A DNA stretch of 52,313 nucleotides from Carpediemonas membranifera BICM (Eukaryota; Protista; Fornicata): NCBI GenBank assembly GCA_019828565.1, contig JAHDYR010000005.1:666929-719241 (forward strand), in the 5' to 3' direction. The notes beneath the pieces are model-generated. The model was not told the DNA's origin. It saw only the letters and a list, made by a program, of their open reading frames with translations, and did no database searches. Shown in pieces: positions 1 to 12,200 of this stretch. The position numbers were made by a program, and so were the translations under genes. Every line of letters begins with the position of its first letter. The stretch's first letter is position 1.

Positions 1-3000
1 AACGACGACGAAAGGGTTAGAGACACTCCTCTCCTGCTCCATGAAGCTCCGTAGAAACGTCGTGTCGCAGCCCAAGATGAACAGGTCCTCAGGCGCCTCG
101 GTGCTGCCCTTCGACGCCCTTCTCGCAGCGGCATGCGTCTACAGCTCTTCCGAGTCCCCGCCAAGTCCTTCCGAGCCTGAGTGAGGGTTGCTCGAGTGAA
201 GACCGCCGATTCAATCTGCTCTTGAAGCTCGTTCAAGCGAAGATCCGAGGACGTCAGAAGGGAGACATTACAGCCGCTGCTTCAGAGTTCCCCAACAACA
301 GATCGCATCATGTATCGAGTCAGAGAATCCAGCGGAGCGCAAAGGATCTCCAAAGGGACGCAATGGCTGATGTCCTCGTCATGTCACGCGACCTCAAGGA
401 GTCCAAGGAGATGATCGCTTCCTTCGGCGCTGCGGGGTCTCCGACTCACAGCGTACCAACACCGCCCTCCCATACACGGCACGGGGCGGTCGAAGAACCC
501 TCATCGACGCGAGCCTGACCGCACGAACGTAGCCCCTCAAAAGGCAAGCCGATCGACAGAAGCCCAAGCACGAGGAAGAAGCCATTCGTGTGCTTCAACT
601 GCGGTAAGGTCGGTCCTCCGCTCGCCGATGCCCTGCTCCGAAGACAACCTGTTCCAAGTGCCAGAAGCCGGGCCACCAGGCTGAATTCCTGCCGTTCTGA
701 GGTAAATTCAGCTCGTTGTGTGTTTTTCTCTCGGTTCCCGTCAGAGTGTCCTCCCCTCCGTCAGGCTAGCATTCTTAAGCAAGTCGTGTCCGTCCTGTTC
801 GACTCGGGCGCTGACTGCGCAAACCATTGACCCCAAAGCTCTGCCACGGCAAGGCAGTGAAGTGGATCTCACACGAGAAGACACTTATCGAGGACAGTGG
901 GCGGCGTCAGAGAGGCCGATGGTCAGGTATCCTTCCGCCTCGTCTTAGCGCCCTCGCCATTCACTCCGCGCGGATGCTCTATCACTATTAAGGCCTCACG
1001 TCCTGTCGACCGCTTTCGATGTATGCCTGGGTTGCCCTCAGATGGTGGAGATCGGCTCTTCTCCCTTCGTTGTCTGAGCCTACCAGCGAGCTCGCAGCCA
1101 GCGACGAACCACCTACATTCGAGAAGTACGTCGCGCAAAGCCAGAGCCATGTCCTCTCTCCCTTTTCTCAGAGGCAGGGCCGACATCCTCAAGCGTTACG
1201 CCCGGACATTCGTGGACCGTACCGAGCCAAGCCGGCTCGAACCGTATGATTTGGTCCTCAAGGGGCGACAGAGTCGTACACATTCGGCCGTACTATGTTC
1301 CCCGCCGAAAGTCCCGATCATTCAAGAGCACATTAATACGCTCCTGGCAAAGCGCTACATCGAGGCATGCCAGTCTCAATACGCGAGCCCTACCATCATA
1401 GTTCCAAAGAAGGGGAAAAGACGCGTTTTGTCGTCGACTTCCGCGAGATCAATCAACTAACGGAACCATTCGACTACCCCATCCCTCGCATAGACGAAGT
1501 TCTCACTCAACTGTCCGGAAAGTCTGTGTTCGCTACCCTAGACTTTGTCAGCAGGATACCATCAGATCCCTCTTTCTGAACGGTGCCGTCACCTAACCGC
1601 CTTCCGTACTGTTTTTGGTCAATACCAATATACACGGATGCCCTTCGGCTTACGTAACGCCGGAGCGTACTTCCAGAGGGGCGATGGAAGACGGGTTCAA
1701 GGGTCTGGTGGGCTCCGCCTGTGTCATATACATTGATGACATCATCGTCATGGGTGCGGATGAGGACGAGTACCTGGGAAACCTCGAAAAAAGTCATGCA
1801 ACGCGTTGACAAGCTTAACCTTCAGCTCGGCCGAGATAAGTGCCAGTTCGGTCGGCAAGAGGTCGAGTTCCTCGGGTGGATCATATCCCAAGGCAGCGTG
1901 AAGATCTCACCCCAGCGGACCGAAGATATCGCGAACCTCAAGCTGTCTTCATCCACGAAGGGCATGCAGGGTCTCAACGGATTCCTCAACTATTTCCGCG
2001 ATTACATACCCAACTTCGCGGTCCGAGCTAAGCCTCTGCTAGACGCCATGTCCGGTCGGCAGACCCCCCTCGAGACGTTCTTCAGAAGTCGCTGGACGAT
2101 CTGAAACAAGCTTTATGTTCGGCCGACGCTCTAGCCATGTTCGACGCGACTAAGCCTCACACTGTCGCATGACTGACGCATCCGATGTCGGGTACGGAGC
2201 AGTCTTACTCCAAGAGGGCCGACCAGTTTGCTATATGTCGCGTGCGTTCAACGACGTCCAGTCACGCTGGTGTACCGGTGAGAAAGAAGCCTACGCTATC
2301 GTCGCAGCGTTACAACGATGGCGCAAGTTCCTGTGCTGGGAGAGCTTTACTATTCTCACGGATCACCGGAACCTACTCTATATGTACCGGTCCACCAACG
2401 CCAAGGTCCGCCGGTGGGCTGATTCGATCGCCGATTTAGATTTCACCCTACAGCACATCGCCGGTCTGGACAACGGTGGAGCCGACGGTCTCTCGAGAGT
2501 ATTCTCCATGCAACAGGCGTCGAGGGATCAGGTATCCCGCGCTCATCTCACAGCAGGAGCTCATCTGTCTCGCCGGATGACAACCGAGCAACTTAGGGCC
2601 GACGGTTTGTCTGTCTCCCGTCAAGTCGTAGACGACGTGATTACCGCGTGTCCAGAGTGCCAAGTCTTGGCCCGCCCTCCTGTTGATACGCCCGACGGCC
2701 TGCATACAGCTGTAGACCTCCCGTTCCGGCGTGTGGCCATTGACACCATGGGTCCGCTACCGACGGTCAACGGCCTGTCCTACGTGACAGTAATGATCGA
2801 CATGTGCTCCCGCTGGACAGAGCTAGTCCCGGTCAACAGCACCTCAGCCAAAGACGCAGCCAACGCATTGGTCAACACCTGGATTCTACGATACGGATGC
2901 CCCGAAGTCGTCCAATCGGATGGGGGCTCAGAGTTCAAAAAACGCTCTGTTCAAACGCCTCTCCGAAGAGATGGGGTTCGACGTCCACATAACGACAGCA

Positions 3001-3787
3001 TACCATCCCCAGAGCAACGGTGTCGTCGAACGCGCGAACAAGGAGGTCGAACGCATCCTCAGAGCCAGGAAGCTGGAGTTAAGGAATAACGATTGGGTAG
3101 CACACCTACCAGTCGCCCAATTCTTGGTCAACTCAATGCCCAGGATCCCGACCCGGTTGACTCCGGCCGAGATCATGTTTGGCGCCAATTTATCAATACC
3201 GTCATCGATCTATATCACGGATGCCGCCTCGGCTGGTCCGCCACAGTCGAAGCTAGCCGCAGCCGATGCCGCCATCCAACTCGCCAAAGCAAGGATTAGA
3301 GCCATGCGCGAAGACGCTCTCGCAAAGGCAACCCTCATCGAGAAGCGAGATATTGAGCCGTTTCGTGCTGGTCAAATACTACCCAAGACCACCGAGCAAG
3401 CTAGCCCCGGGCTGGCGCGGCCCCATGAGGCGTGTCGCAGCCGTCAAACGTGATGGTGTTGTCGTCGCATATGAGGTCCAAGACCTCAGTCAGTCAGCGG
3501 ACGGTCCAACTATCAAGGTAGACGCGGCACGTGTGCGAAGATTTGACCCAGGCAAGCTCTCGGAGCAACAGATCTATGACCTCGCAGCCGCTTCCGTCGA
3601 TGAGTGGCATGTCGAGCGCATCTCACGCTCTAGAGGCTCGGGCCCCAAGTCAAGGCGCGAGTACCTCGTACACTGGGTCGGATTCGAGGATTCAGAGGCT
3701 TCATTCGAACCTTATTCGCACGTCAAAGATTTGGAAGCCCTCGATACATATTTGAAGTCTGACCAAGCCAAGCGTGACGGTCTGTAA
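1..3787 (+). pseudogene. Frameshifted gag-pol of element I
   Basis: Motifs spread over several frames: CFNCGK zinc knuckle (~590), LFDSGA protease (~796), YIDD (~1728), TDASDVGYG, TDHRNL, IDTMGP, SDGGSEF, HPQSNGVVER and the chromodomain WHVERI...YLVHWVGF. Closely resembles the intact 9263-13192 polyprotein. Confidence 0.9.
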
Positions 3788-3829
3788 AACTTCTCAACAT
3801 CGAAGCTGTATCCTCGAGGAACAAACGAT

Positions 3830-4913
3830 TTATTCAGAGCTAGATTCCTCGTCTTCCGTCTCCTCCGTGTCCGTCAGCTCGACCAACCAAGTCGGGTCAG
3901 CGTGGCGCTCAAGGGCGTTCTCAGCCAAGTACTCTCGCACACACCGGACAAGGCAGAGATCAGCGTTGAGGGACACGATGCTGAGTCCCGAGTATCCGTC
4001 ATACTGCAGGATCAACACAAAAGACCCGGGACCACAAGTCGTCTTCAGATACTCGTGACGGACTACGCACGTGACAGTGTAGTAGCGGTCCGGATCAGAG
4101 ACCTGAAGCGGCTCCCAGTGAGCCTCATCGCCAATGGCGGGCAGGTAGCCGTCGTGGCACAAGCGGCTGACCAGGGTTGCCCAGAAGTCGTTGGGAGCCG
4201 GGATGCGCCGGCTGATGCCGTAGACAGCGACACGGAAGTAGTCCGGTGCGAGGACGAGGACCAACAGGCGGTTAAGATATCCGCGCGCTGTAGTGTCCGA
4301 CTTGACCCCGCCGGCAGTCCGCACAGCCGCCACGAGAGCTGCAGAGTAGTGACCATTACCGGGTGAAGACCCACCCAGCGTGATGTCGCGGCCCCGGATC
4401 GCGGCCGACACGATGTCGCCATCGGTCAAGCGCTTCTTGCCGAGCTTGAGGTGGGCCCTCACACCGGCAAGCGCGACCTGGCAGTGAGCCACGAGAGCCA
4501 AGACCTGCTGGGTCAGCTTCACGTCCTGCACTACGGCTGCGTCGTTCAGACGACCTTGCTCAATAGCGTCAAAGATTCGCTGGAGCGGCAGCTCGATGGA
4601 GTTGGTGTAACCTTCCAGGCGTCGGGCAACCTCGGCCTTGATGTCGTGGGGCATCAGAGTCGTCATCGTCAGGGTGCGAGTGATGCGTTCTGAGGCTTGC
4701 ACGCGGTGACTATATAACCTCACGGTTGATGTTTGTTACTTACAGATTGTCGGTGACCATGCGCTTGCGTCCACGATACTTCTGAGCGCGAAGGGAACGA
4801 CAAACGGACGTATGGGCAACAATAAGTGGCCTAGCCAGATCGTCATCACCAAGTTCGGTGATTTTGGCACGAATTTCCTTCAGAACGGCCTCTACGGCTG
4901 TGTTGTCCGACAT
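3830..4913 (-). CDS. Antisense accessory protein of element I (~349 aa, two exons 4913-4744 and 4709-3830), C-terminal chromodomain-like region
   Basis: A 34-nt GTAAGT...TATAG intron (4743-4710) joins ORFs 4740..4970 and 3830..4723 in frame. Shares MSD...AR, L..L..(D/E)Y...AV.G and Y.(V/L)..(V/I)V...L...Y patterns with the 7996-9234 protein. Confidence 0.7.
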
Positions 4914-5282
4914 CAAATGAGTTGACGGCGACATATCCTGCACATTTCTCGGAAACGGTCGAAGGAACAACTAACAAGGTCATCTTAGTCTTCAAGCATG
5001 CATTTATTGTCGGTAATAAGGCATTAGGAGCTTCCTAGTGCTCCTTCCGGTCAGTTTGATGTTGTTATTCAAGTACAGTTGGACGCAGAAAATTAGAAGC
5101 CTCAGAACTCCTCAACGGAGCCGAATTGGAGCTTCTAAGTACGTTTTTCGGCGTCTGTGTGATTATGAGCGATAAGGGCTCAGCATTGGCAGTGTTTGCT
5201 AGAGCAATCGTTCTTGGCCTTCGAATTACATGGAATGGCATATAACACGTATAAGGTTTGTGAAGACGGCCTAGGAAGGCCG

Positions 5283-5295
5283 TGGAGGGGCAGTG
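5283..5295 (+). promoter_or_regulatory. Internal duplicate polypurine tract of element I
   Basis: tggaggggcagtg is identical to 5519-5531 at the 3' LTR boundary. Confidence 0.65.
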
Positions 5296-5529
5296 GTAAG
5301 CCTCTCCGTCACGTTTCACCATTTTTGAAACAGAGCTCACATAGCGGTACCGCAGTTAGATCATGATACCATCATTTTGATTTCGTTCAGCTAGATGCGA
5401 AAGCACTCAGGCCATGGGGTTGCCAGCCCTATGAGTCACCGTTGGCGGTCGGGTGGCACCGTCCAGGCCTTTGGTGAAATGCTGACGTCAAGTCTCTCTG
5501 TCATGCCTATACCAGGCATGGAGGGGCAG

Positions 5530-5651
5530 TGTTGTGGGTCCTACCCAAAGTTACACAGATTTACGTTATATTTAATAGTCAAGGAGTTTCTCCTCGACAC
5601 CCTTGTGTCGAGTCTTCTCCTCAGTAAAAGTTCAACACCCATTGAACCACA
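5530..5651 (+). repeat. 3' LTR of element I (122 bp)
   Basis: TG...CA ends, follows the PPT, 118/119 identical to the inverted solo copy at 28877-28995, and homologous to the LTRs of element II. Confidence 0.9.
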
Positions 5652-7219
5652 GCTCGACGCTATTAACCTCGACCGCGAGAGCGTCCGCTCCTTCAAGAGG
5701 CAAGTCCAACGCCTCAAGGTGTTCGCACCTGACGCGAAAGCCTCCCTTTTCCTCACCGACGCCTTGTCGGATCTCATTCAGCGACAGTTCGACCTCAACG
5801 CTGAAACCATCACCGAAGAGGAGCTCTTCAAGCACCTCGACAAGCTCGTCGGCCCTCAAACATCCCGCCAATGGCTCGCCGAGCTGAGCAAGGTCCGCTG
5901 TGAATCCACTATCACCGACCTCAACACCCGCACCGTCCTTGTGCGCAAGTACATCAACGCATTCCAGGACATCTTCCAGCTCTACACAAAGGGCACATTC
6001 TCCGAAGAGGAGAACCTCTCCCGCGACGACGATACCGTCATCGAAAAAGCCACCAAGCTGTGCCTCTCCCATCTGGCACCTGACGCTTTCCAACGTGTCG
6101 TCCGCACGGAGTATGACCTCCGAAAGCCAACCAAGCTCGAGGACGTGTACAAACTCATCACCGAGGCCGCCCGGGTTGAAGACCAGCTTCGCTTGGACAT
6201 GACGCGCTACGGCTACGATCTAGTGCGCACCAAGAAGGCCAGAACCAAGGCTAACAGCGACCCCGACACTGACGAATCCTCCAGCACCAAGCAGGCCCTC
6301 CCCATCAAGGCCAAGGAAGCGGCTCCCACCTCCAAGCCGCGTCCGAACGACATCCATCCGACCAACAGGCCCCCGAAGACCCCTTGCCCCATCTGCCAGG
6401 GCAATCACTGGCGGAACGAGTGTCCCCGTTCAGAGAAGACACGCTCCAGGGGAGTCGGGCGGCGGCCTCAGAGCCAAATCTGAGCTCAAGGCCAAGACCC
6501 CGTTCGAGGCCATGATCCTTGACGATGCCGAGATCGACACCGAGGACGACGTGCTCAAGACTACGGGCCATATAAATGGCCAAGAGTACGTGTTCCACAT
6601 TGATTCATGCGCCAGACGTTCAGGGAGTTTCGGAGGGACTAGCAAAGGATCTCGCCCTACCCCATTCAACGGGCCCTACGCGGCATTATTTACTGGCAGA
6701 CCAGTCAGTGGCCACCGCTAATGGCCGGACCTCCGCGGACCTCCGAGTGGCCCTAGCTGGCCACGAGACCCGCTTCACTGCCAACCTCGACATCATACCA
6801 GGGAAAAACCCCCTGATCCTCATAGGCTGCGATATTCTGAGAAGCCTCGGATGCCTCACTTCCGATGGCCTTTTTGTTAAGCTCGTGAAAGAAACCGCAG
6901 CAGACGAAGGGGACGATATTCCTTTCAGACCAGCAGAAGAATTACTGCTGGCCGACGACGTACAGCCCAACATTGAGATCGAGGAGCTTAAGCAACCGAT
7001 CACAGCGATATTGGTGCAGCACCCTCACGTTTTTGACGGCCTGGCGCCCGGAGGAGCCAAGGTGCCCGCCATGCGCATCCCGCTAGTGGACGAACAGCAC
7101 CTCGTGCAAGCCAAGCCCCGCCGCCTCAATCCCAGACGCCGTGAGCAAGTCAGAGAAGAGCTGCAGCGCCTGCGATCGGCAGGTATCACACGGGCCTCAC
7201 AGGGACCGTTTGCCTCTCC
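5652..7219 (+). mobile_element. Gypsy fragment (gag-protease-RT start) cut by elements I and II
   Basis: Gag with CPICQGNHWRNECP, protease-like FHIDSCA, and RT N-terminus ending GPFASP exactly at the 7220 LTR. Frameshifted. Confidence 0.8.
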
Positions 7220-7340
7220 TGTAGTCCGTTTAGGACAAGAACACTTTATGAGGAAAAGAGACGACACCAAAAGTGTCGACAGAAACCTGAAGACTATGTA
7301 AATAATGTTACTATGTAAATATTGGGTAAGACCCACGACA
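7220..7340 (-). repeat. 3' LTR of element II
   Basis: Direct repeat of 13211-13331; TG...CA; preceded on the minus strand by tggaggggcgg. Confidence 0.95.
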
Positions 7341-7995
7341 CCGCCCCTCCATGGACCCCAAAGGGGCCATGGCCTCAGGCGTATGCCACTCGTACTGATG
7401 TACGATGAGGGACTTGACCAGTTCCGAGACCTCCGATGCCACTCATTGGACCGCAGAACTCTTGCACCTTGGCGGGGAACAAGGGTGAATACCTTGTTCA
7501 AGTCTGGTGCCAGAACTGGCGATGTGAATCTAAAAGATTCGGAAAATATCTGTGGATCTCAAAAAATCCGGTCGTGGTACCACTGGTTAGCGCGCTATGT
7601 AATATGGATGATCTTACGTGAGGCATTCCGCCCCTCCACGGTCGTAAAACGGCCGTTAGAATTTGAATAGCTCGAATGAGCGTCTAAAACTGCGCATTGT
7701 GATGATCGTTGTGTTTCTCTCGGTTTGAACACTACGTCGCCGTACTTCTTATATAGCGTTTGAAAAACGCCCTTAGAGGCCTCAATTCGGCTTCGTTCGC
7801 GAGTTCTCGCGTTTTTTTGTTTTGGACGAAGCGACGTTCTCTCTCGCGGCTGTAAAAAGCCTTCCTTCGTCATTAATAACATCAGTCGTGCTCAAATTGA
7901 GCATAAATACCTGTGTATCCGGATCTGTTAGTGATGGTTACGGTTTCTTTCGAGTCGTTCATTTCCCAGTGAAAACGGGAAGCAACGAACAGTCA

Positions 7996-9234
7996 ATGTC
8001 GGACGTTAGTGCACAGATTACGCAGATGTTGGCACTACTTGACGATGAGAAGGCCCGAACGGCCTTCAAACGGTTCCTCAACCGTTATCTCGATCGCGAG
8101 CGCTTCTTCCCTACGGTCAGCGAATACCACGCTTTGTTCCGCGCCGACACTGCCCGTGGCGCGAGTGTTGCACCCGCTGCCTCTACTGAGGGTCTTGAAA
8201 GCGCTCCCGAGGCCTCTCGCTCGCCTACGCCTTCTCCCAGTAACGACGCCGGCACGGGAGGCGACGACGTGCTTGGCGAGAGCTCTCGGCCCACCCATCA
8301 GGATAGTTCGGGCGAGATTGAGGCTGTGCCGAGCGATGATGACTCCCGACCGACGGGTGGTGACAACTCGGGTTCGGACCAGGAAACGACTGCGCACTTC
8401 TCACTGGAGGAGATGATCACGGCTGTTGCTGATGCTGGCCTGAGCTACATCACCTTGGACGTCGCTGGCACCCTGGCCGCGCTCCGTGCCGGTATGCTCT
8501 ACGCATACGGGCACCTCACGGTGACCGAAACCTCTTCGGTCGTGGCCCGTGACATCTGTCGCGACGGTCTCGTGCTGTTAGCTCTATCACGTGAGTACCA
8601 CACCCGGGCTGTGCTGGGTCGAACCGGTGATCCGACCGATCAAGATCTGGTGACTTTGCACCTCAGACGGCTCGACGTGAACTCGCGCACGCTCTGTCAT
8701 CAGGAGCTGCGTGAGCGGATTCAGCTTCTCTCGGGACGAGGTTATACGGTCATGACACCTCACCTGCGCCGGGCCATCATGTTGGGTAATGACCCCGACC
8801 TGTATGACATGATGATCGTTGGTCACGCTCAGGGCATTCTTGACTCTGCCGACGTGCGGGAGTTCAGTCGCCAATACATCGAGGCGATCCGGACCCCCAC
8901 CGGCTTCGGTCATGTGCGTCATTCCCTGATGGACAATTTCCAGTTCGTCATCGACGGTGATAATGTTCTTCCGGTCGCGCTCGACTATAACGAGCCACGC
9001 CGCTTATACGAGTTGACGGCGATCGTTGGCTACCGCTTGCATGAGGGCTCCCTTCGTCTGCTCGTGCACTACGCTCGGCGCGAGTACAGCTCGATTGTCA
9101 AGGCGACCGAGACTATCCGTGACAGTCAGGCTGGGGTCAAGTTCTTCGCTGCTCATCCCGAGTTGGTTCGATACTGCACCCGGTCTGAGGACGCGAAGGG
9201 TGCTCTCTGCGGTGGTGTTTTTGGAATAAGATAA
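7996..9234 (+). CDS. Antisense accessory protein of element II (~412 aa), C-terminal chromodomain-like region
   Basis: Long open ORF between pol and the 3' LTR on the opposite strand. C-terminus LYELTAIVGYRLHEGSLRLLVHY resembles a chromodomain. Homologous motifs with the 3830-4913 protein. Confidence 0.75.
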   Translation: MSDVSAQITQMLALLDDEKARTAFKRFLNRYLDRERFFPTVSEYHALFRADTARGASVAPAASTEGLESAPEASRSPTPSPSNDAGTGGDDVLGESSRPTHQDSSGEIEAVPSDDDSRPTGGDNSGSDQETTAHFSLEEMITAVADAGLSYITLDVAGTLAALRAGMLYAYGHLTVTETSSVVARDICRDGLVLLALSREYHTRAVLGRTGDPTDQDLVTLHLRRLDVNSRTLCHQELRERIQLLSGRGYTVMTPHLRRAIMLGNDPDLYDMMIVGHAQGILDSADVREFSRQYIEAIRTPTGFGHVRHSLMDNFQFVIDGDNVLPVALDYNEPRRLYELTAIVGYRLHEGSLRLLVHYARREYSSIVKATETIRDSQAGVKFFAAHPELVRYCTRSEDAKGALCGGVFGIR

Positions 9235-9262
9235 ATGTCTGAACTGAGGCTCTGCTGAAGAT

Positions 9263-12200
9263 TTACAGACCGGCTTGCCTAGCCTCGTCTGACTTCAGGT
9301 ATACGTCTAGTGCCTCAAGGTCCTTAACTGACGAATAGTCTTGCCAGGTGGCCTCTTCGTCCTCACACCCGGCCCAGTGGACGAGGTATTCCCGTTTGGA
9401 CATCGGGCCTCGACCCCGAGATCGGCTGATTCGCTCGACTTCCCACTCGTCGTCAGCCGTTGCTGCGAGTGCTTTGATCTGGTCCTCTGTCAGTCTGCCT
9501 GGATTGAACTTCCGAACTCTCGATGCGTCTACCGTGATCGCTTTCGAGTTGTCCTTCTCGGACAGGTCTAGGACCTTATACGCGACAACGACACCGTGTT
9601 GTTTCACTCCGGCGAGCCTTCGCATTGGTCCTCTCCACCCAGGTGATAACTTGTTCGGAGGTCTAGAGGGGTACTTGACCAGGACGAATCTGCTAATGAT
9701 CTCGTTTCTCGATGCGGTGGCCTTGGCGAGTGCGTCCTCTCTCATTGCTTGAACTCGGCTGCTGGCGAGCTGGATAGCTGCTGCGGCCGCCTCTCTGTGG
9801 GACTCGCTCGCGCTCGCGGTACTGGAATCGGTCACATACACGTTCTGTGGTATCCTCAGGTCGTATCCGAGTACTATCTCGGCTGGAGACAGACGTGTTG
9901 CCGTGCGCGGTGATGAATTGACGATGAACTGGGCGACAGGTAAATTCTCGATCCAGGTTGACCCTCTGAGCTGGAACTTGCGTGCCTTAAGGATGCGTAG
10001 CACCTGCTGGTTGGCGCGCTCTACCATCCCATTGGATTGCGGGTGGTGAGCCGTGGTAATATGGATCTTGAACCCCATCTCATCTGCGATGCGCTTGAAG
10101 AGTTGGTTCTTGAACTCTGGTCCTCCGTCGGATTGGAGAACCTCAGGGCACCCGAAGCGCAATATCCAGTTGTTGACGAGGGCGTCTGCTGCTGCCGCGC
10201 CGGTGGTATTCGAAGACGCGACTAGCTCCGTCCACCGACTGCACATGTCGATCATGACTGTAATGTAAGCTTTGCCGTCGACGGCTGGGAACGGCCCCAT
10301 CGTGTCGACTGCCACCCTACGAAATGGGCGATCTACGGCTGTGTGTAATCCTGCTGGGCTGTCAACCGGGAGGCGTCTAATCACCTGGCACACCGGGCAG
10401 TTTTCGATGACCTTGTTGACCGTCTCACGCGACACTGACTTGCCTTGGTCTTTGAGTCGTTCAGTTACAACGCGTCGTGATAAGTGGGCCCCAGCGGTGA
10501 GGTGCTCTGCTTCGACGTCGCCTTCTGATGCAGGCTGTATGACGTACACTCGCGATAAGCCGTCAGCCCCACCGTTATCGAGGCCGGCTACGTGCTTGAC
10601 GTCGAAGTCCATGTCGGACATCGCCTCCGCCCATCTGCGGACCTTGGCGTTAGTCGACTTGTACATGTAAATTAGGTTGCGATGGTCAGTGAGCAGGGTA
10701 AACTTCCCCCAGGAGAGGTACTTGTTCCACCGCTTGATAGCAGCTACGATGGCGAATGCTTCCTTCTCACCGACGGACCACCGCGATTGCACTTGTTCGA
10801 AGGCCTTGCTCATAAAGCAGACGGGTTGACCTTCTTGCAACAGCACCGCGCCATAACCTACTCCTGATGCATCGGTCATGATGGTGTGCTCCTTGGACGC
10901 ATCGAAGATGGCGAGTGCTTCTGCTTGGGCGAGCAGTGTCTTGACTTTGCGTAATGCTTGCTCTTGCTCGTCGCCTCCCAGCGGGATCTTGGCGGCCATC
11001 GCTTGTGTCAAGGGGTGAACGACTTCTGCGAACCCGGGGACGTGGTCCCGGAAGTAGTTGAGGAACCCGACGAGCGCTTGCATTCCTTTGACTGACTTGG
11101 GCATTTCGAGATCGAGGATGTCTTGAATGCGGTCTGCTGCGATGCGTTGACAACCATGGGATATGACCCTGCCCAGGAACTCGACCTCGGCCCTCGAAAA
11201 CTGGCATTTGTCACGGTTGAGCTGTAACTTGACCTGTCGGGTGCGCTGCAGAACGCTCTCGAGGTTTCTGAGGTAGTATTCCTCGTCTTCCCCGAAGACG
11301 GTGATATCGTCGATATATATGTAACACGCGTGACCGACCAGTTCGGCGAACGCTGACTCCATGGCGCGCTGGAAGTGGGCACCCGCGTTCCTCAGCCCGA
11401 ACGGCATTCTGGTATATTGGTATTGACCGAGGATGGTAGTGAATGCGGTGTACTTCCTGCAGCGTTTGGTCAGCTCGACCTGGTGATACCCAGATGACAG
11501 ATCTAATGTGGCGAAGATCTTCTTGTTCGGTAGTTGGGCGATCACCTCGTCGATCATCGGAATCGGGTAGTCGAAGGTGGGGGTGATCTCATTGATCTGC
11601 CGGAAATCCACCACGAAGCGCGACTTCCCGCCCTTCTTCGGCACCGTCATGGCTGGGGATGCGTATGGAGAGTTGCTCTTCTCAATAAAACCCTTAAGGG
11701 ACAGCTCGTCAATGTGCTCCCGTATAATGTCTACCTTGGCTGGCGGGACGAAGTATGGTCTAGCGTTGACTACACGGTCTTCGCGCAGTATGAGGTCGTA
11801 AGGCTCAAGGCGGCTAGGTTCGCTCCGGTCCTCGAACACGTCGCTGTAACGTCTTATGAGCTTGGCTTGTCGGTCGACGCTGGTCTGTGACATGGTGAAG
11901 AGTGGAGCCTGGTACTTGTACACGTCTGGAATCTCGACCTCGTCATCGTCACGCTCGTCGGCGTATGCCTGGGGAAGGATTCCCAACGACACCATGTCGG
12001 GGTAGCCGATAATCATGTCGAATTCCGTGTCGAGGAGCAGCATACGTGGCTTGTAGCTGCACGCCTTGGGCGTAAACGCCGAAGGTAACAGTCTCACGTC
12101 CCCCTCGACTGCGCCTTGTGCATGGAGGATCCCCTTGTTGGCGGTACGTATCGGAATAATCTCAGAGCTAACTCTGGGCAGCTTGGACGCCCACGTGCTC

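Larger units (their letters stand above)
1..5651 (+). mobile_element. Ty3/Gypsy chromovirus-type LTR retrotransposon I (5' part outside window)
   Basis: Order gag(CCHC)-PR-RT-RH-IN-chromodomain, then an antisense ORF, a PPT (tggaggggcag) and a TG...CA 3' LTR at 5530-5651. Confidence 0.9.

Noticed and set aside
1-3787. Multiple programmed frameshifts in element I
   Set aside because: Too many and scattered, often at homopolymers; the sister element II has one uninterrupted ORF, so decay or sequencing error is more likely.
5395-6483. 362-aa ORF as a single gene
   Set aside because: Chimeric read-through from element I 3' UTR and LTR into an unrelated gag fragment.
7996-9234. env-like gene
   Set aside because: Antisense to pol, and no signal peptide or transmembrane segment is evident.
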